Positions 24,935-36,812 of a stretch of DNA of 64,000 nt are shown one piece after another. Position numbers and translations under genes: made by a program. The notes beneath the pieces are model-generated. The model made no database searches. It had not been told where the DNA came from and worked only from the letters and a program-made list of their open reading frames with translations. Source of the stretch: Marsupella aquatica (taxonomy: Eukaryota; Plantae; Marchantiophyta). The stretch lies in NCBI GenBank assembly GCA_973895155.1, contig OZ316898.1, positions 13,732,330 through 13,796,329 on the forward strand. The letters run 5' to 3'. Within the stretch, counting starts at the first letter, position 1, and every line of letters starts with the position of its first letter.

Positions 24935-26105
24935 AAACATTTTTTCTTCACCTCCACATTTTATATTTTTCATATCTCGCAATCTTTTCTCACCTTGAAA
25001 TCTTTATCTCATCCAGACATCTTTTCCTGACCCTCGACATCTATTCTCTACTTGACATCTTTTCCTCATCTTTGTTTCATTTTCTCACCTTGTCATCTTT
25101 TCTCTCCTTGATATTTTTTCTCACCTCAACTTCTTTTCCTCACCTCGCCATCTTTTCTCATCTCAAAATCTTTTGTGCAACTCACAAACATGCATCAGGC
25201 TATGTTCACATATTAGAACTATGACACTATGGAGACATGAGAGATGATGGGAGATTTCAGAGAAAATGGTTGGGCTTAGAAAAAAGGGAGAGGGAGAAGA
25301 TAAAAGGAAAAAAGAATAAAAGGGACAAGTTATTAAATCGAGACATGTTAAGTGGGGAAAAGAGAAGAATGGGAGAAAGGAGGATAATTTTGGATTTATA
25401 TCTTCCCAAAATACTTTGAAATACATACTCACATTTGTATATATATTGTGCCAAAATAATGAGACTTTCACACCCATAAACTATGACAAATATTCGTATG
25501 GTTTTTCACCGCAATTGTCTTACAAAATTTGACTTTTATTGTCCCAAAGAAAACCTTGGAAACAAAACAAAGAGGGGGAGAGGCAAGGAGAAATGGAAAG
25601 AAGGAGGGGGAGGGGGGGGGGCACATGGATGGGAAAAAAGGGAGGGAGAGGCTTCATCTTGCCCGACCCTTCTGGTTGCGGTTAAGTTAGGGTGGAAAAA
25701 GTGTCAAGTTTATTTTCATACCTCAAAATCTTTTGCTCTACTCTACATCTTTTTCTCTCCTTTGCACAAATTTCCCTCCTCAGCATGTTTTGTTCACGTA
25801 GACATGTTTTATCTCCTCATTTTTTTTCTCATCTCAACATCTATTTCTCTCCTAAACATCTTTTCTCTTTTGTACATATGTTTCTCTCCTTGACTTCTTC
25901 TATCACCTCGAAGTCTTTTCCTCACCTTGATATCTTTCTCAGTCACCTTGACATCTTTTCTCTCTTTGACATCCTTTTGCTCCTGGACATCTTTTATCAT
26001 GTCCTCACCTTGACATCTTTTCGCTCCTGGACATCTTTTATCACCTCGACATATGCTCTCTCTTCGACATCTTTTATCACCCCCATTATCACCTTGACAT
26101 CTTTC
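24935..26105. repeat. Low-complexity degenerate microrepeat (ctcacctcgacatctttt-like)
   Basis: Many short variants of cacct(t/c)gacatctttt at 24940-25165 and 25715-26105. Confidence 0.7.
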
Positions 26106-27149
26106 ATGCAACGCACGGGCATTGGGCTAGTCAAGAGATAACAATAAAGGTATGTTTGATGAGATCAATGGTTCAACTGGATTGAATGAGCATCAATGGT
26201 ACCTGCATGCGGGCAATTTTGTCATAACTTTCATTTGCCCCTAAAGTATGACATAACATACTTAATTAGTGTGATTCCTAATAAAAAAACTGTGTACACA
26301 ACTTAGTGTGAGCCACTCTAATTCTTCACTCACACTAATTGCAGTGTAGCTGATGATGCTTGGCAAGGCATGATGCTAGCATTAACTCCGTGCATGGAAG
26401 GTCTGCACGCTAGTGCAGAATTCTGAGCATCAAAGTTCTGGCTAATATCTTCATCCTCCCACAAAAACATTATTGAACTGCAAATTCCAGTTGTGTGTCT
26501 CATTGAGCAGTCCCAAGTTATGCCAAGGACATAGCCTCAACAATCTGTTCAATGAAAGACGGTTTGCATAAAAACTGCTCTGGGGCGAATTGCAAGAATG
26601 GAGAACCATCCTTAACAATGCTGAAGATTCAATACTGCACAGTAATCAGTCTGCCAATAATAGCCAGCCACTGATGATTGATTTCCCACTCTGTCTATCC
26701 TTTGCCCCTCTCATTAATTATAGTCTCTCGGTTGCCCCTCTTGTTATGAACCTGTGCTTCCTCACTTTGCAGCCATTTTCAGGCCATTGTAGGCACAACT
26801 CAAAACCTCTAAGAGAGAGCAAACTAGGTCAAAGGGAGTGACCAAATAGGTATAAGTGACACGGTTGGGCGTTGTGGTGACTCTGGCCATTCTGAAATCG
26901 CCCTCCGGATATCCACTTTTTGGACTTTTGGTCCTCACAAGGCACCTTTATAGATATCCCCCCATATTAAGGTTTATCCAGTTTTTGGAAGTCTAGGTTT
27001 ATCCAGTTTGGGACATTTGGTCCTTAAGGGTGGCACCTTTACAGTTTTTGTCCTGGCCATACCCATTTTCTGTCCCTGCAGTAACTCACTTAAAGTTTTG
27101 CACTGAACTTGATTTTGTGACTATTATTTACGGTGGTCACCAGCATTAT

Positions 27150-27420
27150 TTTAGAGGGGAAAGTTTGCTAGTTTCCTTTTTTCGAAAAAGTCTTAGCCAC
27201 TTTTTGCAAAAGTTTGTTAGTTGTTCTGTTGCCTATTAGCCAGTTTCACACCTAACCACAGACCCCATTATCCAAAATCTACTGGTCATCCTTAAATCTA
27301 GGGAGAGCTGATGGTAAAAGATAGATCAGGAATACTCCTAGCACCTTGTATTTCACAAGTTGACACTCCTAGCATATTCTATTTCACAAGTGGACATTTG
27401 TCACATTGGCCAAAAAGGAA
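27150..27420. repeat. Dispersed repeat; direct copy at ~60320-60510
   Basis: Shared blocks aaagtttgctag, ccccat..ccaaaatcta, atccttaa.tctagggaga, tcctagca and cacaag(g)tgg.catttg. Confidence 0.65.
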
Positions 27421-29935
27421 AAACTTTAGACATCATGCCCATGGCTCACATAATCTGGAAAAGTTGCTGCACTTTTTACATGGAAGGCTAATCAATACAA
27501 TCATGTTGAGGTCATTGACTTTATAGGACATTGACTTGAAATCTATCTGCTAGTCCAATTACCCATTTTTTGAACATAAATAGATTTCCAAGCACATGAA
27601 TTAGTGTTATTGTGGTCTCAAGAGTGGAAAAATAGAGGGGAAAAAACTATTTTGAAAAATCCACAGGAATCAGTGTTACTTTGGACTCAAGATCATCCAT
27701 ATTTTACTAACAATTCAACAAAATTGGAATAAAACTATTCTGAAAAACCAACAAAAATTGTGTTACTTGGACTCAAAATCACTTTTGCCAAAATTAATGT
27801 TAGTAACACTATTTTGTCCCAATATTAATTTTTGCATAAGACTAATTATGATGAACAGTGTAGCTGCTGGAATCTTGAGCTGGCCACCATCAAGTGGCTC
27901 TTCATAATCTTATGGCCCATGGCCTCATTAGCTTTGGTATACCTTGGGCCAGTGACCCACCTGGCAGTGGTCATTGCTTGTGCTACTTCCTGGGTGGCTT
28001 TAGTTCCTGAGTAAGTTGTGACGGGGCTTGTGTTCGGGTCTCGGTAACTGCACATCAAAATATGACATATACTATGTACGACACCCCTGCATACCGTGAT
28101 AATCCTAGTTTTTCTCTTTCAATCAATGAATGCAACCACATTTTGATGTGTGATTACCAACAGGGCTTGTGTTCCCCCCCCCCTCCTTTGGTGAAAAGCA
28201 TACTAAAACTCTCAAGCTAGGGATTATGGTCCTGATCCTGGTCCTGGGGTTCCAATTTCCAAAAAGAAGATAGGACCCTCTCTCAGCACGATCGAACCGG
28301 CTGGGCTGCATGCATGCATCCTTATTGCTCTGTAGAATTGATTGACTGAGGTACTCGTCCTAGTCTTCCCTGGAATTCAGTTTTTCCTTTCCTTGTCAGC
28401 ATTCCAGCTCTGACGGTCCAAAGAAGACAGGATGCCCAATCTCGTGACATCCCTCATTGTCACTCGTCACTAACAAAGACCTTATTAGAGTACCATATAC
28501 TGCAAAAAAACAAGAGGCACCCTTTTTAGAGTACTTACTCAGGTGTCAGTACTTATTGAGAGCCTGCAAGGTCAGGCTACTCTTCACCTAAGCAAATGGA
28601 ACAATGGCCCTTGTTCATCTAGGCAAAAGAACACTGGTCAGTTAGGGGGAGGACCACATTTTTAAACAGTTGCAGTACTTGGTAACTGCAATCTGGAATG
28701 AGATCTGCGTTTACTGTAAGTAAAACAAATTGCATTTCTGTAAGGGATTTCAACTCTAGAGTTTATCTGGTTCTAATTATATGCAAAAGATAGTGAAGGG
28801 TCAAGGAGAGAATTTGGAGCCGCCATGGACCACAAGGTTGGTCTTTGAAATCCCCATGGACCACATTTCCCAAATTTTGAGTTTACTTGTAATGACTTGA
28901 CTTGCAAGGACTGCTAATAACTTGAGATTCATAGATTCAATCATTTTTTAATTTTGGGAGAAATGCTAGGGGAGTAGGTAAGCTACACTTCCATCAAGTG
29001 AGAGTAATTTTTTGGCCAATTTGGTTGAGTTTTTCATCTTAGAATGAGGAGGGGGTATATTCCACTAAATTAATTTTTGTTGTGTTGATATGAAATATTT
29101 GGGCTTATATATTTAATGTCTCCTCCTTCTCTAGTGGTCTCCCAGGTGCAAAATTAAAAAGTATTTTAGAAATCATAATCATCAAGTTATGGGGCCCAAA
29201 TTCCCATGTGACCAAAATGTGATCCAGGGTGGTACATCCTGGCTTGAGTTTGGATAATTAAGGAGAAGTTGCTATTAATTATGTACATGTACATAGACAG
29301 ATAATAATAAAGCGTGCCTTCGGACATTCTGAAACAACCATAGCTTGGTTTTGCAAAATTGAGCGTTCCCACTACCATGAAGACTTCTCCATTTCGACTG
29401 ATCACCCAATTCTGTCTGCTGCTGATTCAAGTAAACCTACGTAGTTACTATCGACTAGCTTTGCTCAGGCCCATTGTTGTCGTCCCAATCAGTTGCCTGC
29501 ACCCCAGTGTCACGGTCGAGAGGCTTCATTCTATTCGAGAGTCTCCAGAGCATAGATTTCGATTGAGAATTAGTAGTCACGGTCGGTCCAAAGGCTTCAC
29601 TCTAGACGACAGGCTCCAGAGTAAAGATTTTGATTGCGAAATAGTAGTTAGATTATAACGAAATTACAGCTGAGGAGTACTTGCACGGGACATTTCGTTT
29701 CTCGGGGAATGTTTGGGAAGCACCACGGTAGCAGCCTGCTTCTGTTGTCTGTGGAGTCTACCATCTGTCTTGAGTTTTCGGTCTCTTTGCCGTTTGAGTA
29801 ACGTCAGGATCGGCTTTCCCTCTGGACGATGTTTCGAGGTTTTACTCGGCCGGCCTCGTCGGGAGCAGGATAGGTGACACTTTGAATTAGCCGAAGGTTC
29901 TAGCAAAGTGGGGTTTGTATGCACTCTGTTCCAAA

Positions 29936-32652
29936 ATGGTTAGTTCACTGACGGAGTTTGCAACGAAGCTCCGCAGCGAGAAGGTCCAGCCGTTTGTGCA
30001 AACGGAAGGCACCCTTCGAGAAGGTTGGATTTCTTCAGCCCTGTTGTCTCCCATTTATTCATCACAATTTCAACGACTTTTGGTTCCTACTGTTGTCGGT
30101 AAAAATGTTTAAGTAATGAAGATGTTAATATGTACACAATAGGGAGTCATCATTTGCTGCGAACTTTGCTCAAAGTGGGAGAGCTCTACATCTTTAGATA
30201 GTACATTTGCGTTGGAAGGACCCGTAATCTTTCCCGCCCAGTAATTGGACTAAACCCGTGGTTTTCTGCTATTTTGAGAATACAGTGCACGATGCAATAA
30301 CAGAAATGATGAAGCAACTGGCAAACGAACCGTCCGTGGGTCTTTATTTCGTTCAGCAGCATGTACACAAGGCCGTGCCAGGCTTGGTTTCGCTTAAGGT
30401 AGGAGCTTGGGATTTCTCAATGATTGTATTGAAAATTCTTGGCTTGAATGCTGCTGGCATAGTGGTGGTAGTGGAATGAAGGACTGAGTCATCGGTTTAA
30501 GGTCTTAGCGTTTCTTAGCTTTAAACATTGCAAGCCAATGAACGCGCATCTAGACATTCAAGGGAGGCCCATGAGTTCAGCGAGTCTTACATCTGTACTG
30601 TCGAAGGTGTGGCTTCAAACTATGCTCAGTCCCCCCTCTGTCCTGTCTCACGTGCGCTGTACGATCCTGTGGCAGGGATAGTTTCTTGATATCTTGCCAT
30701 AGTATTGTAAGCTTAGAAGGCATACCCTTGCATGGAGGCTAATAGCTAAGATACCTTCAGGCTTTCAAGCTACGAAAGCCAATACTGTCATTCCTCACCC
30801 TGCGCGTGGGTGATAAATTTCATGTCTGGATGCAGATACAGATGGTGGACAGCACTCGAGAAGTTGAGTATGTGACCCAAGATGTGAAAGACTCTCTGAA
30901 GTCTGTAAAATCCATGAAGGAAGTTGGACCTGCTGTCCTAGAGCGGATGATCAAAATTCTGGATTCCGCTCAGCCTCGTCTAGCATCCCTGCGCCCATCG
31001 AAAAGGTATTACCATGGACGATATTCTTAGCCCTGAACTTGCCCAGGATTACGTTTTCTTCAATATTGTAGCTTCGTATCGATGTGCCTATGTCGAGGTT
31101 TGCACCGTAGAGTGGCACGGGTGAACCACAAGACTAACTGAGGACTCCTCTCATGAAATATTTTTTTCCTTCTTTGTTTTTAATTTAAAGCATGTAGTGG
31201 GCTGAAAATCGAATTGGGATACCCTTCAATCCCTTGTAATTCCCGTGGTTGTATTTGAAAATAAAATGTTGATTTCTGAGTCTGATGGTCTTGTTACTTT
31301 CAGAAGTTTTCAGGACCGGCCAGCCTGGCATTACTGTCGAGGTTTCAAATTAGGTAGTTTTGTCATGGACACAGTTAAAAACAATCTTGTTGAGAGTCTT
31401 ACACGTGTTAATGAATTACATCTAGTACTCTACACGAAAAGTTATCTTCAGTTTGCAAGGGTTTGTTACAAATTGGCATTCAAGTCCAGAGCAAATATAC
31501 ATGTTCTCGTTCATATACTGTTAAAAATGAATTCAAGTGTAACTCATGGGACGAAACCTTTTAGTTCACCACTACCATCTGGAACCGAGGTCGCACTATC
31601 TGGACGCATATCCTCAGCCTGGTTTTAACGCAGAGCAGGACATCCCCAAAAAAGTTCGACTAGGACAGGAGAACCCAGCAGTAGAAAAGCAAAACAACTC
31701 ACCAAGAAGCCCACCTGCCTAGTGGAAATAGCCATGTTCCTGCTGAGTCTGTTCCTCTATATCTGTGAATGCTCAGACCCTGCTTAACCCCCATCTGTTG
31801 AAAAGAGTGTCCTCTGAACAGGTCCCGTTAGAGAAGCACATCTCTGGACAATCCATCTCAGCTGGAGATTATTCAGGATATATGAGGACAACGTTTGACT
31901 CTGCTTTCCAGAAGGCAAGCAGCATGGCGAATGTGTCAAGGTGGAATTCCTCCAATAAAGGCATCAGCTTAGAGAGTAGTTCATCTGGCGGTGGACAAAT
32001 CTTGGGCTTGGGTATTAAATCAGAAGCGCCTACGGAAATCAACCCCAGTCTCGATGCACAAGATCTTTTGGATACTGCTCACGGCACGGCTAGTAGCCTT
32101 AGGAAGACGGTATCTGAACCTTCTACCGGGACAAGTACAAACCAAGCGGAAGTATCAATGGCAAAAGAGAAGCAGGAGGTGCACGACCTGTCTACTCCAG
32201 TAATGGGGAAAACCCATTCTTTGCTAGCCTTCAGAGAAATATCTGAATATGGGAAACCAGTGCAATATGTGCGAGCGGTTTTCGGATCAGCAAGACAAAC
32301 TGCAGAAAATGTAAGCAAGGAAGCTACAAGATTTCTTTCTCCTGATGGGAGGAAACCTGTGTCCGCATCGGACAAGCCTGCGGAGGGTTGGGGCTGGCTT
32401 CAAGTACCTAGCAATGCATTACGAGCCTTCAACAAGCAGTCTCAACCTTCAGAAGATTTGATAGTGCTGGAAGGGAGGGGTAATACAGTCATCCTCAATG
32501 AAGCTTCTAGCAGCAGATCGGAAGAAGAAATTCAGCAGCTGTTGGATAGCGAAAGGGCGAGCTATGAAGCATTTGCAGCAGAGAAAGCCGCAAAGCTTGA
32601 GGAGTGGCTACAAGACACTGAAGAGGATGATAAAACGACCGAAATAGCATAG
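29936..32652 (+). CDS. BORCS8: BORCS8/MEF2BNB-like protein with a long low-complexity C-terminal extension; exons 29936-30023, 30286-30398, 30836-31005, an unresolved middle part, and a final exon ending at 32652
   Basis: EMMKQLANEPSVGLYFVQQHVHKAVPGL and DVKDSLKSVKSMKEVG match the plant MEF2BNB/BORCS8 family. The C-terminus is YEAFAAEKAAKLEEWL. Splicing between 31005 and ~31800 was not resolved. Confidence 0.8.
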
Positions 32653-33494
32653 TCATTTCTTGGCAACTAGTAAGTAAAAGTCTTAATCATGGCATTAATA
32701 GGAGGTGCTAGTCCAAACCCCGCAGATAAGCTCAGCATGATTAGAAGATGATGCTATCTAACTGATTTGTCTATTCCTGATTTCAAGTCTCGAACATCCC
32801 TGATTAAAAAATGTGTTCTCGATCATTCACTGCCCATCTAACCGAGGAGGGTTTTCATTCTCGAAGAAAACATTGTCTTTAGAACTGCGTCTTTGCGCAA
32901 ACCCTCGAGATCTATGCGGCTAATCTTCCTGAAGAGACTGAGAGAACCAAAAGTGTTCAGTTAAGTCACTACATGTGTGATTCAGTTCGTATCGATCATA
33001 CTAAGATGGGTTTCCTACAGTACCTTACGACATGGAATACGCTACGGGCTTTTTGCTGTACTTCTTTTACCAATTGTTGGGTGTAGAATGTACCTGCTAA
33101 CTGAGTCCACTACCCCGATTTCTAACGTGTTTTTGGTAACCTTTATGCAGGTCGAGCTTCTTGTAAACTAGGCAATTTGCACTGGTCGTGCTCTAAATAT
33201 GAGGCAGGTGTCCAAAAGGTATGTGAGACCATGTTATTTTGGGATATTTTCTGGATTGTTGACTTAGTCATTACAGCCGTGAATATAGCAAGGACACAAT
33301 GGGCTTAGTTAGAGTCCTGCAGTAGCTAATTAAAAAAGTATGCAGTATAGGCCCACATCAAGAGGAGGTCCCTGGAATTCAACCTTTGACTAGATTTTTC
33401 TTCTTACTCAATGTTGATGGCTTTTGCCGAAGGATCGCCCTAATATAGTTTGTGGTGCAAAAATACTGCTCCAGGGTCAGCACCACACAGATAG

Positions 33495-33830
33495 TCAGCC
33501 AATCCAGGAGGTGCAAAATTGATTTGCAGTGTAAGAATTTTCTGTCAGATTGGCTGAACACAAATACTGCAAATCTTTCCTAGCCACTAATGCCTCTGGA
33601 AGGTCACTGCTACAAAAAGCACGCAAGACGGAAGGCAAAGCAAGTCGACGTGAATCATGCCATGAAACCAGCTCTGGACAGTTTGCTTTCGGATGATATT
33701 CTTGTTTTGAGCCTGCTAGACGCGGCTCTGGTTTGTCTATCCATTCGGTAGCAAGTGGATTGCAAACAACAAAATCAGCATATTCAGTAGATAGATACGC
33801 CAACCGTCCACCTGGTGGCACAGAATTTTG
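33495..33830 (-). pseudogene. Possible degenerate F-box-associated (kelch-like) gene fragment
   Basis: GGRLAYL...FVVCNPLATEW resembles the plant F-box protein motif GGLL.....VCNPLT.EW; no intact gene is visible. Confidence 0.3.
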
Positions 33831-34624
33831 GAACTAGGGCCCCACAAAGTTGACAGGACAATCGTGACGCTGATTTCCACACACCTGACTGAAAGTAAGC
33901 TGTAAACTGGCCCATCCTCAAGTAGAGAATTTTTTCTCCACTGTCTAAGGATGTTGTCGAAACCTTGTCAAGATCAATCAGGACCGAGGAGACTTTTTCG
34001 AACAGAGCTTAGCTTGGTTTTGTGCATATTGTAAAAAATTATGAAGGTTTCGAATTCTGATGTAAGGTTTTCCTCCAGAGAACAGTGCTAAAAGAGTATC
34101 TGGCCAATTTTGAACCTAACCTGATACGGCTGTATGCCAGTGATGTTCTTAAGACATGGAGAGATCAGACAGTTCTATGGATGAGTGATTTATTTCGCAA
34201 GACTTTTCGAATTTTGACTGAATGTTCCGCGGTGTGCACTCTGTGCGGACTTGATACAGGTGTAAACTTCTTAGTATGCACATGTATATCACGATCTTTT
34301 AATTGCACCCTCTTAACTTGTCTTGCTGTTAGCGTTCTTTTGAAGAGTAACGTGTTTACCCAAACGGATCTTCACATTTGGAATCTTGAGTCACTTTTCC
34401 TTAGAAAACGTTCTTATCTAATCTGTTTTCTGGGAAATTGAGCTTTCCATGTCCTTCTCTGAATCACATAGAAACGTGTTGCAAGCATCCTTTTATGGAG
34501 TTGGGCCTTTCCTAAGACAAATGCGGAGGGAACAAGCTTTGCATTCCAAAGGTCTACACGCCTTGCAATGCTAATCTAGGCCAACTCAACAACTCAGTGC
34601 AAGCTCTATACTCACGACTGTAAC

Positions 34625-35015
34625 TGCATAGTATAGTACTGATGTCCAAAGTATACTAAGCGTCACTCTTTGATTCAAGTTCTATGTATGGATTGAAACT
34701 TCTAGACCATGATTCTGACTGAAGAGTATTGTAACGATGTCCAAGGTACGCTATTAAGTTTGATTCAGATCTATGTATGGAGTGAAGCTTCTAGACCATG
34801 ACTCCTACTATACCTGAATAGGTTTGTACCGATGTCAAATGTATGATATTAAGTTACTTTGATTTGATTCAAGTTCTATGTATGGAGTGAAGCTTCTAGA
34901 CTATGACTATACCTGACTAGTATTGTACTAATGTCCAAAGTATACTATTAAGTGCCGTGCATTCTTTGTTTCAAGTTCAATACATGGAGTGAAACCTCTA
35001 GACCATGACTCTGAT
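34625..35015. repeat. ~90-110-bp tandem repeat, ~4 copies
   Basis: Unit gatgtccaaagtatactattaag...tgattcaagttctatgtatggagtgaagcttctagaccatgact. Confidence 0.85.
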
Positions 35016-36632
35016 GTAGGAAACATTAAGGTGGGTATGACATGGAGTGTGATTTCTTTGCTATGCTAGAATGCCAAATCTGATGATAGGTTCACCATAT
35101 AAGCTCCATTAATGTTGCTATGTTTTGAAAAGGTGCATTCTTTTTTTGTATTTGAGAAGGGCTACTACGTCCAAGTGGAGATAACATTAACAATGTTCGG
35201 AATTGTGGGACGTTGAGAGTTACTTGTTTCAAAGTTGTTCAAAGTGCCTCAAAAGCCCAAAAGGAGTCAAGGGGCATACTTATCTTGGGGTGCCAACTGT
35301 GGGGTGTATTCAACATTTCCTGACTTAAATTCGAGCTTAAATTAAACATAGATGACAAATTTGCTGTAGGTGGACTTACACCGATCAACTAAAGCCATAT
35401 AGGAGAAGCTCCTTGATAAGCATGAAAGGTTTTCAAAATTTTGTTTTGGGAAGAAGTTTTAAAACTCTCTTTGTACCATACTTTGTTTCCAGAGTATTTT
35501 GTCTTCAAGATCACTCCCTGAATAAAAATGTTATGGGAAATTGACTTTGTCTTTGGGCATTGAACCCACTGAGATACCACTTTGCAATTGCCCAGTTTTT
35601 GGGTTTAGTAGTAACAAAGAGGCCAAATCAAAGAACTAGGGAAATCCAAAATATAAACTGAAGAAGTACTCAAGGGGATGTGCATCTTTGTTGTCTCAAG
35701 GATCTGAGTGTACCTTTGTATATACATTTTCCCTACCTTTGTATCATAGATTTGTACTTTTCCTGGTGAAGTGAGGGACTATTGTACTTTATATGATAGA
35801 CTTTTATTTTTTGTTGTCAGAATGATTGCATGTGCTGGACTTTGCTTTTGTATCATATAGCTCTCAATCTTAAGAAATACTTGCAATAGCCAAAAAGAAA
35901 TTAGATCATCTACATACACATATTGTTACAAGACAAAAAAAATGAAATGTGTTCCAGGATGAGCATGCTAGATTATATCCAAGTTTTGTATTCTTACTGG
36001 AGGTTTAGTTTTTCCAAACCCCAACATTTTAACAAGTTTAAACATTTCCCATGCCTTGTTGGCGCCATGACATTGCCAATAGACCTCTTCGTGGTCAAGA
36101 ATTTGCCAAAATGTTTTTCCAACCCTTTCTGGTGAATGATACAAAGGAAAAAGACAAGAAAGTTTCAAAACGTTGTCAGAAACCCACCATTGGCCGAATG
36201 CAAGTCACCAAATTTAGTTAAATCTGCCTGCTATAAATAAACGTAAAAACAACTCATTAAGAAAGTTGCATCCAGATCTACTTAGATCCGACTGATGTAA
36301 ACAAGATCTGAGAGCTGAAATATCCTGGACAGAGTGGAGTGGATCCCATCATTGAAGGGGCGCCACATTGACTCCCTTGAAATAAAATAAGCAAAATTGG
36401 TGGTTGCCAGTCTCCCCTGGTGAAGATGCCCTGGTTAATTAATGTTTTGTATGCATAGTAGCCTTTCTGAGGGCTGTCTTGGATGTACAAAGTCCTCAAA
36501 ACATAGGTCTTTAAGTGAACTGATGACAACATATGAATGAGTGGTACTTTCATGCCACCTTTAAGTGGACTGATACTTTCATGCAGCAATTCCTCCCAGG
36601 CAGTCTTGATAGCAATCATTGAGAGTTTCCAA

Positions 36633-36812
36633 GGGCAAGGGCTGGAAACTTTATAGCCCTTAATGTCCGAACCTTTGATTTGAGAAGGAGAAAAAGTGAC
36701 ATGTAAAATCTGCTTTCTAAGCGGGCAAGGGCTGGAAACTTTACAGCCCTTAATGCCCCAACCTTTGATTTGAGAAGGAGAAAAAGTGACATGTAAAATC
36801 TGCTTTCTAAGC
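36633..36812. repeat. 90-bp near-perfect tandem duplication
   Basis: gggcaagggctggaaacttta...aaaatctgctttctaagc at 36633 and 36723. Confidence 0.92.

Noticed and set aside
24919-26141. Hydrophobic Phe/Leu/Ser-rich ORFs
   Set aside because: They are translation products of pyrimidine-rich low-complexity repeats.
35900-36620. Possible degraded reverse-transcriptase fragments (similarly 43300-45200, 18850-19450 and 46750-47030)
   Set aside because: These look like old retroelement debris, but no diagnostic motif could be read with confidence.
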